Source of the DNA: an uncultured Bacillota bacterium
Lineage (GTDB): Bacteria; Sysuimicrobiota; Sysuimicrobiia; Sysuimicrobiales; Segetimicrobiaceae
Assembly (NCBI GenBank): GCA_963804645.1
Contig: CAWDRG010000009.1
Span: 768,001-832,000 of the forward strand
Direction of reading: 5' to 3'
Length of the DNA stretch: 64,000 nucleotides
Shown here: in pieces, positions 38,788-49,319 of the stretch
Numbering within the stretch: the first letter of the stretch is position 1
Layout: each line of letters starts with the position of its first letter
The notes under the pieces: generated by a model
The model's input: the letters and a program-made list of their open reading frames with translations, nothing else
The model's database searches: none
What the model was told of the DNA's origin: nothing
Position numbers and translations under genes: made by a program

Positions 38788-40848
38788 GTGGAGGCACTGG
38801 GCTCCGGATACGTAGTGGGAGTCGAGATCGGTGGCACGTTCACCGATATTATCCTGCTCGGCGAACATGGGATCGTTGAAACCGCTAAGGTTCCCACCAC
38901 GCCGCGGAATCCCGCGGAGGGCGCGTTAGCGGGTCTGTTGCAGTTGTCCGTCCCGCTGTCGGCACTGCGCGCCGTGGTCCATGGGTCCACGATCGCGACG
39001 AACTCGCTTCTGGAGCGCAAAGGGGCGACGACAGCGCTGTTGATGACCGAGGGGTTCAGGGACGTTCTGGAGATTCAGCGGGAAGAACGCGACCGGATAT
39101 ATGATCTTCGCTACCAGAAGCCACAGCCGCTCGTACCGCGCGAGCGTGTGCTGCCCGTGCGCGAACGCGTTGACGGCGCGGGGCGCATCATTTGTCCCTT
39201 GGAGCTGGGCGGCATCCAAGCCGCGATTAATGAACTCATCGAGAAGGAACACGTGGATTCGATTGCCATTTGTCTGCTGAACTCCTATCTGTACCCGAGG
39301 CACGAACAGCAGTTAGCGGAGCTCATTCGCCGGTGCCACCCGGATCTTCATATTTCCATCTCCTCTGACGTGCTGCCCGAGTTCAGAGAATACTACCGTG
39401 CGAACACTACCGTGATCGATGCGTTCGTGACGCCGAAGGTGAGTGCGTATGTCGGCGCCATGGGGGCAAAAATGTCCGACGAGGGGTTGCGGGGAGAGTT
39501 CATTGTCATGCAGTCGAATGGCGGGATCCTTCCGGCGGAAGCTGCGCGAACCCATGGTGCGTGGATTCTGCTATCGGGGCCGGCCGCGGGAGCGGTAGCG
39601 GCCGCTTCGATTGGGACGGAGGCCGGCTATCCAAACGTCATCTCCCTGGATATGGGAGGGACGAGCGCGGACGTGTGCCTGGTTACCTCGGGCGTCCCCC
39701 ACCTGACGACGGAGACGGAGATCGATCACCTGCCGATTGGGTTGCCCATGACGGATATTGCAACCATCGGGGCCGGCGGAGGCAGTATCGCCCGTATCGA
39801 CGACGGGGGGATGCTCACAGTCGGACCCGAGAGCGCAGGCGCCGACCCCGGTCCGGCTTGTTACGGACGTGATGGTCGCGATGCCACAGTGACCGACGCG
39901 AACGTGCTGCGAGGGTTGATCCGCCCAAAGTCGTTCCTGGGCGGACGGATGCCGCTCCTTCCTGAGCGCTCTCGGACGGTGTGTGCGCCACTTGCCCAGC
40001 GGTTGGCGAGAGATATTGAAGATGCGGCCGAGGCGGTGTGCCGGGTGGTTAACGCCAATATGGCGCAGGCGATCCGGGTCGTCTCCGTGTCCCGCGGGCA
40101 TGATCCGAGAGATTTCGTGCTCGTTGCGTTTGGCGGTGCGGGTCCGCTTCATGCCGCGGACCTCGCCGAGGAGCTCGAATTGGAGCGGGTACTGGTCCCA
40201 CGCCATCCGGGACTTCTCTCCGCGTACGGCCTGCTGGTCGCAGACTTTCGCCGGGACTACGTGCAGACTCGCGTCTCTCCGGCGGCCCAGACGACGAGCG
40301 CGGAAATCCTGGATCAATTCGACAGGCTAGAAGTTCGAGGGCGGGAAGAGTGCGGTCGGTATCGGTCGATTTCCCACATTGCGCCGGTGGGAATGTCGCT
40401 TGACATGCGCTACCACGGGCAGGCGTACGAGTTGATGGTTCCGGTCACGCGACGAGACTTTGCCGCGTCGGATCTCGGTTGGTTGTCCGACCGCTTTCAT
40501 ACCGCTCACAAGCTGCGTTACGGACACGCCTCCCCGCGTGACGCCGTCGAGATCGTGAATTACCGGCTATCGCTCGGGGCCCCAGGTGGTCTGACGAGTT
40601 TGCGCGAGACGGCGCTGCCCAATGGAAATCGGGAGACGAAACATCAGACCACGCCTGACGCGACGGGCCGTGTCTACCACAACGGAGAATGGGTCCCCGC
40701 AGCATATTGGCGCCGCGAGCAACTTAGCAGTGGGCAATGCTGTCAGGGGCCGTGCGTGATCGAGGAACCGACCGCGACGACCTATGTGCCTGCCGCCTGG
40801 CAGGCGGCAGTAGATCACCGCTACAATCTTCTCCTGACACGCAAATGA
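38788..40848 (+). CDS. Hydantoinase A / oxoprolinase family subunit (second)
   Basis: GVEIGGTFTD, HGST, LSGPAAG, DMGGTS, IGAGGGS. Confidence 0.93.
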   Translation: MEALGSGYVVGVEIGGTFTDIILLGEHGIVETAKVPTTPRNPAEGALAGLLQLSVPLSALRAVVHGSTIATNSLLERKGATTALLMTEGFRDVLEIQREERDRIYDLRYQKPQPLVPRERVLPVRERVDGAGRIICPLELGGIQAAINELIEKEHVDSIAICLLNSYLYPRHEQQLAELIRRCHPDLHISISSDVLPEFREYYRANTTVIDAFVTPKVSAYVGAMGAKMSDEGLRGEFIVMQSNGGILPAEAARTHGAWILLSGPAAGAVAAASIGTEAGYPNVISLDMGGTSADVCLVTSGVPHLTTETEIDHLPIGLPMTDIATIGAGGGSIARIDDGGMLTVGPESAGADPGPACYGRDGRDATVTDANVLRGLIRPKSFLGGRMPLLPERSRTVCAPLAQRLARDIEDAAEAVCRVVNANMAQAIRVVSVSRGHDPRDFVLVAFGGAGPLHAADLAEELELERVLVPRHPGLLSAYGLLVADFRRDYVQTRVSPAAQTTSAEILDQFDRLEVRGREECGRYRSISHIAPVGMSLDMRYHGQAYELMVPVTRRDFAASDLGWLSDRFHTAHKLRYGHASPRDAVEIVNYRLSLGAPGGLTSLRETALPNGNRETKHQTTPDATGRVYHNGEWVPAAYWRREQLSSGQCCQGPCVIEEPTATTYVPAAWQAAVDHRYNLLLTRK

Positions 40849-40927
40849 GCGACGGCACGTTTGGACCGAAGGGCTTCCGAACCGGGAGTGGCGCGGGATA
40901 GAAGAACGCCAGGGGGTCTCGACTGCC

Positions 40928-42622
40928 ATGCGGGAGACGACAACCGTAGTGGACGAGTTCCGACTCGACCCGGTGGACTTCAATGTCATCAGCCAAGTCA
41001 TCATGAGCATCCCGAAGGAAATGAGTGCGAATCTATTTCGCGTTGCCTATTCGACGATCGTCCGTGAGGCGAAGGACGCGTCGGTTGTGCTGATGGATGC
41101 GGCGGGGCAGATCGTGGCACAGTCTGACAACATGCCGTTCCATATGAATTCGGTCGGCGAGGCGTTCAAAGGGTGTGCCGCCAAGCATGACATGGCGACG
41201 CTGGAGCCCGATGAGGTGGTAGTACACAATGATCCGTATGCCGGCGGTCAACACTTACCTGACGTCTTTCTGTTCACCCCCGTTCGTGCCGACGGCCATC
41301 TGTTGGGTTTCTGCTGTACCGTCGCGCATCATCTCGATGTCGGTGGTGGCGGTCCTGGGTCGTTGAACCCCCTGGCGACCGATATCTTTGGTGAGGGAAT
41401 CGTGCTCTCGGCGGTCCGCGTCCGGGTGCCCGGCGATTTTGGAATTGGCACGCTTGGCGAAATCATCGCCTCGAACGTACGAGTCCCGGACAAGACGCTT
41501 GGGGATTTTAACGCGCAGTTGACGGCAAACCGGACGGGCACGCGGCGGATGCAGGACTTGGTACGAAAGTACGGCTTCGCCAAAGTGAAGGCGGTCATGG
41601 GAGAGATGATCACGTACTCGGAGCGTCGGACGCGCGCAGAAATCGCCAAGCTTCCGAGCGGCGTGTACAGTGCGGAGGAACGGGTCGACGACGACGGTTT
41701 TTCCGACCGGTCCTATCGCGTGTGTGTGACGGTTCGGTTGGAGGCGGGAGAGATCTACGTTGATTTTGCGGGTACCGACGGAACCGCGCGAGGCATTATC
41801 AACGCGCCACGGGCCTCGACCATTTCCGCGGTTTATCTTATCCTCAAGAATCTTCTCACGGGTCCTGACGTCCCTCCGAACGAGGGGTGCAATCGGCCGG
41901 TGCACATTTCAATTCCTCATGGGTGTTTACTCAATCCCTATTATCCCGCACCGGTGCGCGCGAGAGCCAACGTGTGTCAGCGCGTTGTGGACGCCATCAT
42001 GCAGGTCTTTTCACAGATCGACCCCGAACGAGCGGTCGCATGCTGTCACAACACCATTATCGCGGTCAATCTTAGCCGCCTGACTCCCGCCGGATGGTCG
42101 GTCTTTAGCGAGCCCCTGCGCGGCGGCTATGGGGCGAGCCGGGATGGTGACGGAGCATGTCAGTGCGGGACTCCGATTGACAACTGCCGTAGCACCGCGG
42201 TGGAACCGACTGAAACAGACTTTGGTTTCTTCCGACTCGTACGCTACGAGTTGCTGACCGACTCGATGGGGTACGGCACGCACAACGGTGCGCCGAGCGC
42301 GGTCCGAGAGTACGAGATCCTCGAGGACGGGGTCATTTTTACGTCCTTTTCCGACCGGCATAAGACGGCGCCGTGGGGTCTTTTTGGCGGCATGGCCGGG
42401 CGTTCGAATCGTTTTTCCGTCTTGCGGGGCGGAGAGGAGATCGTGCTGAAATCGAAGTCTTCATTCGAACTGAAGTCAGGCGACCGCCTGACGATTGTAA
42501 TCGGAGGCGCGGGGGGATATGGGGATCCGAAGCAACGTGCACGGGAGTTAGTGGAGCGTGACCTGCGGCAGGGACGGATATCACAGACCGTCGCAGCTGA
42601 GATTTATGGCTATCGCGGATAG
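40928..42622 (+). CDS. Hydantoinase B / oxoprolinase family subunit (third)
   Basis: YSTIVREAKD, NDPYAGGQHLPD, HHLDVGG..PGS, GGYGDP. Confidence 0.92.
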   Translation: MRETTTVVDEFRLDPVDFNVISQVIMSIPKEMSANLFRVAYSTIVREAKDASVVLMDAAGQIVAQSDNMPFHMNSVGEAFKGCAAKHDMATLEPDEVVVHNDPYAGGQHLPDVFLFTPVRADGHLLGFCCTVAHHLDVGGGGPGSLNPLATDIFGEGIVLSAVRVRVPGDFGIGTLGEIIASNVRVPDKTLGDFNAQLTANRTGTRRMQDLVRKYGFAKVKAVMGEMITYSERRTRAEIAKLPSGVYSAEERVDDDGFSDRSYRVCVTVRLEAGEIYVDFAGTDGTARGIINAPRASTISAVYLILKNLLTGPDVPPNEGCNRPVHISIPHGCLLNPYYPAPVRARANVCQRVVDAIMQVFSQIDPERAVACCHNTIIAVNLSRLTPAGWSVFSEPLRGGYGASRDGDGACQCGTPIDNCRSTAVEPTETDFGFFRLVRYELLTDSMGYGTHNGAPSAVREYEILEDGVIFTSFSDRHKTAPWGLFGGMAGRSNRFSVLRGGEEIVLKSKSSFELKSGDRLTIVIGGAGGYGDPKQRARELVERDLRQGRISQTVAAEIYGYRG

Positions 42623-42703
42623 CAGCGCGGAGGGGCGGCACCGAAACGGTACGGGGATAGACACGTTTGGGTTTGCGCATCCACGCCACACGGGGGTGAC
42701 AAG

Positions 42704-44266
42704 ATGAACCACCGGAGGATATCTCGACGTGAACTGGTGAGTCGTGCCGCAGCGGTCGCGGGCGCTGGGATTTTGGGGCGAGATCTCACGGCGGCTTCTG
42801 TTGCTTGGGCGGCACCGTCTTCGACGGGATCCAATGAGCTCGTCATGGGCTTGACTCCTGATCCGACATCGATCGATCCGCGGGTCGCTTACGCTACGTC
42901 GATGTTCGGTCCTGTGCAGCAGATGATGTTTCAAACCCTGGTGTTTCATGATCTCCGCGGGCAGATCACCCCGCTGCTCGCGGAGCGGTGGGAACTCGTT
43001 GATCCGACTCATTTGAAGCTTTACTTGCGCAAGGGCGTCAAGTTTCAAAATGGGGAACCCTTCAATGCCGAAGCGGTCAAGTTTACACTGGAGAGCTTCC
43101 TTGATAACAATCTCAAGTTTACGCAGAAAGCATTTCAGCAGTTTCTGCCCGCGATTGGTTCCGTGCAGGTCGTCGACGACTCGACGGCCGTGTTGGTCTT
43201 GAAGCATCCCTCCCGGTCGGCGCTGAGTAACTTGGAGATCATCGGCATGGTGCCTCCCGTGCAGGCTGCGGCAGACGGCGCGAGTTTTGGTACAAAGCAT
43301 CCGGCCGGCACCGGGCCGTATCGATTTGCGGAATACGTGCCTGGGGTGCGCTGGGTGCTCGAGCGGAATCCGTCCTATTGGGGCACCCCCGCGCGAACCG
43401 ACCACGTGACCATCCGCTTCATTCCAGACGACGCCGCACGGGTCGCCTCGCTGGAGAGCGGCGAAGTATCGATCATCGACAACGTCCCACCGGACTCGGT
43501 GGCCCGGTTGCGGGCCTCAACGAATGAGAAGATCGTGTCTTCCAACACCACGCGCATCGTGTACATCGAGACGCGGTGCGACCGCGCGCCGTTCAATGTG
43601 GCGAAGGCGCGCACGGCCGTCAACTACGCGGTCGATCGCGCGCGTATCGTCGGGGACTTGTTTCAGGGGCACGCGCAGGTGGCGCATTCTGTGTACAGCC
43701 CGCTCATTCCCGGCTATAATGGCAGCCTGCCGCAGTACGTCTACGATCCGTCGACGGCGAAACGCCTGCTTTCGGAAGCCGGGTATCCCAATGGCGTGAA
43801 GATCAAGTTTGGATACCCGACCGGGCGATATTTGAACGACAAGGCCCTAGGTGAGGTGCTCACCGCGCAGCTGAGCGGAGCCGGGTTCGATGTGGACGCG
43901 GAAACGGGCGAATGGGGCACGTATCTCGGGAATGCACTGGGAGGCAAGTACGACGCATATATCCTCGCCATCGGGACCATCACGTTGGATCCCGGCTATG
44001 CGACGACTCAGTTCGGTACAGGCGCGGCATTCAGCAAGTTTAGTGATCCAGAGATAGACGCGCTGCTACTTCAAGGAGACCAGACATTCGATCCAGGGAA
44101 AGTCGCGGCCATTTACCAGAAGATCCAGGCACTAGTGTGGGCGCGCGGGCCGTGGGCGCCGCTGTACTTTCAGCCGGAATTGGACGCCACGAGTGCGAAA
44201 GTGAGCGGGTACGCGGCGCGGCCCGATGAATACGTTATATTTTCTTCCGTGGTGGTGAACAAGTAG
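42704..44266 (+). CDS. ABC substrate-binding protein family 5 with Tat signal
   Basis: SRRELV twin-arginine leader, LRKGVKFQNG, GTGPYRF. Confidence 0.92.
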   Translation: MNHRRISRRELVSRAAAVAGAGILGRDLTAASVAWAAPSSTGSNELVMGLTPDPTSIDPRVAYATSMFGPVQQMMFQTLVFHDLRGQITPLLAERWELVDPTHLKLYLRKGVKFQNGEPFNAEAVKFTLESFLDNNLKFTQKAFQQFLPAIGSVQVVDDSTAVLVLKHPSRSALSNLEIIGMVPPVQAAADGASFGTKHPAGTGPYRFAEYVPGVRWVLERNPSYWGTPARTDHVTIRFIPDDAARVASLESGEVSIIDNVPPDSVARLRASTNEKIVSSNTTRIVYIETRCDRAPFNVAKARTAVNYAVDRARIVGDLFQGHAQVAHSVYSPLIPGYNGSLPQYVYDPSTAKRLLSEAGYPNGVKIKFGYPTGRYLNDKALGEVLTAQLSGAGFDVDAETGEWGTYLGNALGGKYDAYILAIGTITLDPGYATTQFGTGAAFSKFSDPEIDALLLQGDQTFDPGKVAAIYQKIQALVWARGPWAPLYFQPELDATSAKVSGYAARPDEYVIFSSVVVNK

Positions 44267-44288
44267 CATCACCGGGCGGTCCGAGACG

Positions 44289-45209
44289 ATGAACTCTCGG
44301 TACCTCCTTGGACGCTTGTACCAGGCGTTGGTGGTCATCGCCGTCGTCATCGTCATTGCATTTGTCTTGCTCCGAGCGGCGCCCGGCGACCCCGCCTTGC
44401 TGATGCTCCCCCCGGAGGCGGGCCCGAAGTTGGTCGCGCAAGTGCGCGCCTCGATGGGCCTCGACCGGCCCCTTATTGTGCAGTTCTGGGCGTATGCCGT
44501 GCAAGTCGTCCACGGGAATCTCGGATGGTCGGAACGGTTCCACGTGCCGGTCGTGCAGGTGATCGAAGAGTTTTTCCCACGCACGTTGCAGCTGGCCGCC
44601 ACGGCCATGGTGGTGTCGAGTGTCGTGGGCATTTCGCTCGGTGTGCTGGCGGCGGTTCGCGCTCGGTCGCTCGCGGATGTTGCGGTGACGTCACTTGCCG
44701 TGATCGGGCAGTCCGTGCCCGGATTCTGGCTCGGGCTCATGTTGATCGTGGTGTTTGCAGTGGAGCTCGGCTGGCTTCCGGCGTCCGGGGGGGGCGGGCT
44801 GGGTTTGATCTTGCCGGTCGTCACATTGAGCATGTACATCATGGCGCTGATTGTCCGTGTCACACGGTCTACCATGATCGAGGTGCTTTCACAGGACTAT
44901 GTGCGCACTGCTGTCGCCAAGGGATTAGCGCCGCATCGGGTGATCGTGCGCCACGCGTTGCGCAACGGATTTTTGCTCATCTTGACCGTCTTGGGTCTGC
45001 AACTCAGCAATGTGATCGGCGGCGCTGCGATCACTGAGGCGGTGTTCGCGTGGCCAGGCTTAGGGACCGTTGTTTTTCAGGCCGTCGCATGGCGTGACTA
45101 TGCGCTGGTACAGGGGGTGATCCTTTTTTCGGCGATTAGTTTCGTGTTCATTAACCTCTCCATCGACGTGCTGTATACGGTCCTCGATCCGCGTGTCAGA
45201 TACGGGTAG
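44289..45209 (+). CDS. ABC peptide-type permease (DppB-like)
   Basis: PGDPA, GLDRPL..Q, QDYVRTAVAKG, HALRN, LDPRVR. Confidence 0.93.
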   Translation: MNSRYLLGRLYQALVVIAVVIVIAFVLLRAAPGDPALLMLPPEAGPKLVAQVRASMGLDRPLIVQFWAYAVQVVHGNLGWSERFHVPVVQVIEEFFPRTLQLAATAMVVSSVVGISLGVLAAVRARSLADVAVTSLAVIGQSVPGFWLGLMLIVVFAVELGWLPASGGGGLGLILPVVTLSMYIMALIVRVTRSTMIEVLSQDYVRTAVAKGLAPHRVIVRHALRNGFLLILTVLGLQLSNVIGGAAITEAVFAWPGLGTVVFQAVAWRDYALVQGVILFSAISFVFINLSIDVLYTVLDPRVRYG

Positions 45210-45303
45210 CCGATTGACCGCTATCGTGCCCGAGATGGCCGGATGCCGTGGACTCCGTATACCGACTCTCGCGCGCTGGGCAATCTGAGCGGCTGGTCGG
45301 GTC

Positions 45304-46152
45304 GTGCGGCGTTTTCGTAAGCATCCGGGCGGGGTGATCGGGTCCATCATCGTGTTGATGGCGTTGTGTCTTGCCATTGCCGGGGGACGGGTCGCTCCGA
45401 CGAACCCGAAGGCCATCGATCTTGACAACCGCCTGTTGCCGCCTCTTTCAACACGCGCGGGGACGACGCACTATCTGGGTACCGACCAGGTGGGGCGGGA
45501 TGTCCTGAGTAACGTTATCTCGGGTGCACGTGTGTCAATGACGATCGGGTTTGTATCGGTCTTGGGGGCCGGAACCGCAGGACTGGTTCTCGGTCTTCTG
45601 GGTGGGTATTTAGGAGGCAATGTCGATTGGACCGTTCGGGTTATCACCGACACCCAGATGAGCATTCCGTTTCTGTTACTCGCACTTGCGGGCGTCGCGA
45701 TCTTTGGCCATGACGTGCGCGCACTCATCGGGATTTTTATCGCGACAAGTTGGTACGTGTACACTCGTCCGGTTCGCGCGTTAGTGCTTTCCCTCAGGGA
45801 GACCGCATTCATCGAGGCCGCGCGGGCCATCGGGTGCAGCTCCGCTCGAATCCTATTGTTCCACATGTTGCCGAGCGTGTTGGGGATCGCCGCAGTTATC
45901 GGCTCCTTAGAATTGGCCCGGATCATTGTCGTCGAAGCCTCCCTGAGCTTTCTTGGAGCCGGCGTCCCCCCAAGCACACCATCATGGGGGAGTTTGATAT
46001 CCGATGGGCGTCCGTACCTTCGCGAAGCATGGTGGATTTCCGCGGCGCCCGGGGTGGCCCTGACGATTCTCACGGTAGGCGTGTATCTGATGGGTGATGC
46101 GCTACGAGATGTCTTCGATCCCACGAGCGAGCGTTGGAAGGTCCTGCGGTAG
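45304..46152 (+). CDS. ABC peptide-type permease (DppC-like)
   Basis: LGTDQVGRD, FIEAARAIG (EAA loop), LSFLG.G, WG, GDALRD. Confidence 0.92.
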   Translation: MRRFRKHPGGVIGSIIVLMALCLAIAGGRVAPTNPKAIDLDNRLLPPLSTRAGTTHYLGTDQVGRDVLSNVISGARVSMTIGFVSVLGAGTAGLVLGLLGGYLGGNVDWTVRVITDTQMSIPFLLLALAGVAIFGHDVRALIGIFIATSWYVYTRPVRALVLSLRETAFIEAARAIGCSSARILLFHMLPSVLGIAAVIGSLELARIIVVEASLSFLGAGVPPSTPSWGSLISDGRPYLREAWWISAAPGVALTILTVGVYLMGDALRDVFDPTSERWKVLR

Positions 46153-46180
46153 GTGATATGGTGACAACAATCGAGCGGAG

Positions 46181-46885
46181 GTGCATCGCATGGAAGGGCC
46201 CCACAAGCTGCCCACTGCTGAACTGGAGCCAGCAAGGATCATTGGGATGTTGAGATTGGTACACACCTCGACTGTGGTAGACATCCTGGAACAGCATCAT
46301 TTCCACGGAGCGGTCGATAATCGCATTCGGCCACTGGTGCATGGTGACACCAGACTCGTGGGACGCGCACAGACCCTGAAGAAAGCCGCGTATCATCCCG
46401 AGGCGCCGCAAGCGAAGGACAGCCCCTCTCACCATTTCTTCCCGCTCTTGGACCTTGCGACGCCGGGTGACGTGATCGTGATCGACGCATCCAGTATTCC
46501 CAACGCGGCATCCTGGGGTGGCCTTCTTGGCCGTGTCGCTCGGATGCGAGGCATTGGCGGTGCCGTGATCGACGGCGCGGTCCGGGATCTTGCGGATCTT
46601 CGCGCGATCGGGTTGCCGGTCTATGCGACCAACCTCACCACACTCAGCGGTCATCATCGACTCATGAGTCTGGCCATGAACGTTGAGATTGAATGCGGCG
46701 GTGTCCCCGTGCACCCGGGCGACTACATTGTGGCTGACGAGGATGGCGTCGCGGTCGTGCCCGCCCGTATGGCTCCGTTCGTTGCAGACGCGTTGAAGGC
46801 TGAACAGAGGGAGTTGGCCATTGGGGCCTTCATTGAAGAAACCGGGGACTACGTGGAGGCGGTGAAGCGATTCGGTAGCGAGTAG
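46181..46885 (+). CDS. RraA / HMG-aldolase family protein (paralog of 25511-26194)
   Basis: PGDVIVID, WGGL, DGAVRD, GGVPVHPGDYIVADEDGV. Confidence 0.9.
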   Translation: MHRMEGPHKLPTAELEPARIIGMLRLVHTSTVVDILEQHHFHGAVDNRIRPLVHGDTRLVGRAQTLKKAAYHPEAPQAKDSPSHHFFPLLDLATPGDVIVIDASSIPNAASWGGLLGRVARMRGIGGAVIDGAVRDLADLRAIGLPVYATNLTTLSGHHRLMSLAMNVEIECGGVPVHPGDYIVADEDGVAVVPARMAPFVADALKAEQRELAIGAFIEETGDYVEAVKRFGSE

Positions 46886-47169
46886 ATGCCGATCCGGGGT
46901 CCACGACCAGGGGCCGGTGCGTGAACGGGAGGTCGCGTTTTGACCGTATGCTGCGGGCTTTCTCGCAAACGTCCAACTTCTGGGGGACGACGATGGCGGG
47001 GCCGGCATGCCAGTAATCGCCGAGATGGCGGGGATGCTTGAGGTGCGCTGGGAGCGGGTTACAGTGTCCGGCGAACCAATCTCAGTGACAATCGCGCGGC
47101 CAGCCTGATCCTTGGCCGTGCGCGTGACCTCCGGTCACGTATGATGCCATGTCCTCGGTGGGTGACACG

Positions 47170-48255
47170 ATGATGACTACCATTGCTGTGCTCGGTGGCG
47201 GCAACGGCGGGTTCGCCACCGCCGCGTATCTCGCGAGTAAGGGACATACCGTTAGCCTAAGCGAACACCCACTGTTCGAATCGACCCTGCGGGCCGTCCG
47301 CGAACAGGGCGGTGTGATGTTGCGCGGCGTCGCGGGAGACGGTCTTCAGCGCGTCGCCGTGCGCTCCCTGTCCGATGCACTTCACGATGCGGGCATGGTC
47401 ATTGTGTGTGTCCCGGCCTTCGGCATCGAGCCTTGGGCTGAAGCCCTGGCGCCCCATCTTCGTAAGGAACATCTCGTCGTGTTGAACGGCTCCGCTTGCG
47501 GAGGCGCGCTCCGGTTTGTGAGGCGGTTGCGCGCTGTGAATGAGGGTGCGCGCCCTCAAGTGGCGGAAACAGCTTCCTTGACGTTCGGGTGTCGCAAATC
47601 GGGCCCTGCAGAAATCACGGTTTTGGTCCTGGTGCAGGGCGCGTTCTTTGCCGCGTTTCCGGGGACCGCGACGCCGGAAGCCGCTGCAGCATTCGGCACC
47701 TTTTTCCCAATCACTCCATGCCGCAACGTCTTGGACACCACCCTGAACAACGGCAACCCCGTTTCACATGTGCCCGCGGTGGTGCTTAACGCCGGACGCA
47801 TTGAGCGCGCGTCGGGGGAGTTCTACTTGTATACGGAAGGCATCACGCCGGCGGTTGCCAGCGTCATGGAGGCGGTTGACCGCGAGCGCTTGGCATTGTG
47901 TCGCGCGGTCGGTGCCCCGCCGGTGACTTCGCTGGAGCGGATCGTAAAGTACGGTTACGCGAAGCCCGCGCAAGACTTCTGGTCAACCTACCACAATAGC
48001 GACGTGTATCCTGCTGTCAAGGGACCCGCGTCTCTGGACGAACGCTATCTTACCGAAGACGTGTCGTTCGGCCTCGGGGTGTGGTCGTCACTGGGGCGCG
48101 CACTGGGAGTGGCGACCCCGCACATCGACGCGCTCATTCTCCTTGCCGCGACACTCCTGGGGAAACGGCTTCCGCAGCCGCTGGGGCTCTCGGATCTGGG
48201 CCTCGAGGGCATGGACGCAGCCCGCATGATTGAGTTCGTCATGCGGGGGACGTGA
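47170..48255 (+). CDS. NAD/NADP octopine/nopaline (opine) dehydrogenase family
   Basis: VLGGGNGG, NGNPVSH, FYLYTEG, DRER, RYLTEDV.FG, TP.ID motifs. Confidence 0.88.
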   Translation: MMTTIAVLGGGNGGFATAAYLASKGHTVSLSEHPLFESTLRAVREQGGVMLRGVAGDGLQRVAVRSLSDALHDAGMVIVCVPAFGIEPWAEALAPHLRKEHLVVLNGSACGGALRFVRRLRAVNEGARPQVAETASLTFGCRKSGPAEITVLVLVQGAFFAAFPGTATPEAAAAFGTFFPITPCRNVLDTTLNNGNPVSHVPAVVLNAGRIERASGEFYLYTEGITPAVASVMEAVDRERLALCRAVGAPPVTSLERIVKYGYAKPAQDFWSTYHNSDVYPAVKGPASLDERYLTEDVSFGLGVWSSLGRALGVATPHIDALILLAATLLGKRLPQPLGLSDLGLEGMDAARMIEFVMRGT

Positions 48256-48555
48256 ACGCGGATCGGTGATCACTCGCTCCGTCCGCCCGGGATCAGATGC
48301 TCCGCGTGGACAGCGTGAAGGCATCGAGAGGGGGTGCAGTTCACAGTGGACTTTGGACCATCGCTGGGAGAGATCGTTCGGAAGCGGCCTTGAGGGCTTG
48401 GCTCGGTCGATACGGAGATCGTGGCACGTGCGGCTCGTGTGATTCCGCTCGCATGTCACATGTTCTTGGTATCGATAGTGCACGGTGGCGGGACCGAACG
48501 AACGGAGCTGAACGAGTTGGTTGGTTCTTGGCAAATTCCGGAGGGAGGGAGTCTC

Positions 48556-48978
48556 ATGGCACATGACGCACAATCGACGCGGTGCAGTGTTGAATATGTT
48601 CAGGTCACCGGGTTGGGCCGTCCGGTAGGAGAGTATTCTCCTGTGGTGAGTGTGCGGGGAGCACGGTTACTGTTTGTGGCGGGCAAGGTTGCTATCGATG
48701 AAGAGGGCAAGATCGTTGGGGTGGGCGATATCGAGGCGCAATGCCGCCAAGTAATGAAAAACCTCAAGGGCGCGCTTGAGGCGGCAGGGGCTCACCTCGA
48801 TGATGTCGTCAAGCTCACGGCTCTGCTCACCGATCGAGCGCATTCAGCAACTTGGCGCCGCGTGCGGCAGGAGTTCTTCACCAAGAATCTTCCGGCGAGC
48901 ACGGGATTCATCGTCGGGGCGTTGGCCAGCGATGAGTACATGATTGAAGTGGATGCGATTGCCGCGGTCTGCGATTAG
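48556..48978 (+). CDS. RidA/YjgF family imine deaminase
   Basis: YSPVV, LFVAG, AGAHLDDVVK, PAST, IEVDAIA. Confidence 0.9.
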   Translation: MAHDAQSTRCSVEYVQVTGLGRPVGEYSPVVSVRGARLLFVAGKVAIDEEGKIVGVGDIEAQCRQVMKNLKGALEAAGAHLDDVVKLTALLTDRAHSATWRRVRQEFFTKNLPASTGFIVGALASDEYMIEVDAIAAVCD

Positions 48979-49319
48979 TGAATAAGCGTGAATGGACGCG
49001 CGCGCATCGCCGATAGGGTTCGGGGCCGCGACTGAGGTTTCTGTGTCTGTCGGCGGGAAAAATCATCCCACGCAGAAGGCGCGCTGGCACCCGAAAGGTG
49101 TCACGGGGCCGGTCACGGCTTTGCGTTGAGGCCGTTTACGAGGGTACAAGCGGGCACACAAGTATGCGCATACCGGAATCCGACCCGGGGATCTCCCATG
49201 CCGGTCCTGCGGGAAGTCTCGACGCTCAGTGCGCGACAATCCCGCGGTTCCAGACAGGAAGTCTTGCCGCTGGTTCCACTTGCTTCGCGGAGGACTTTGC
49301 TCAGCGTTCTCCCTAAGCC

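Noticed and set aside
48297..48420. Possible ABC ATPase remnant (MLRVDSVK...GEIV)
   Set aside because: No Walker A motif in any frame; the similarity is too weak.
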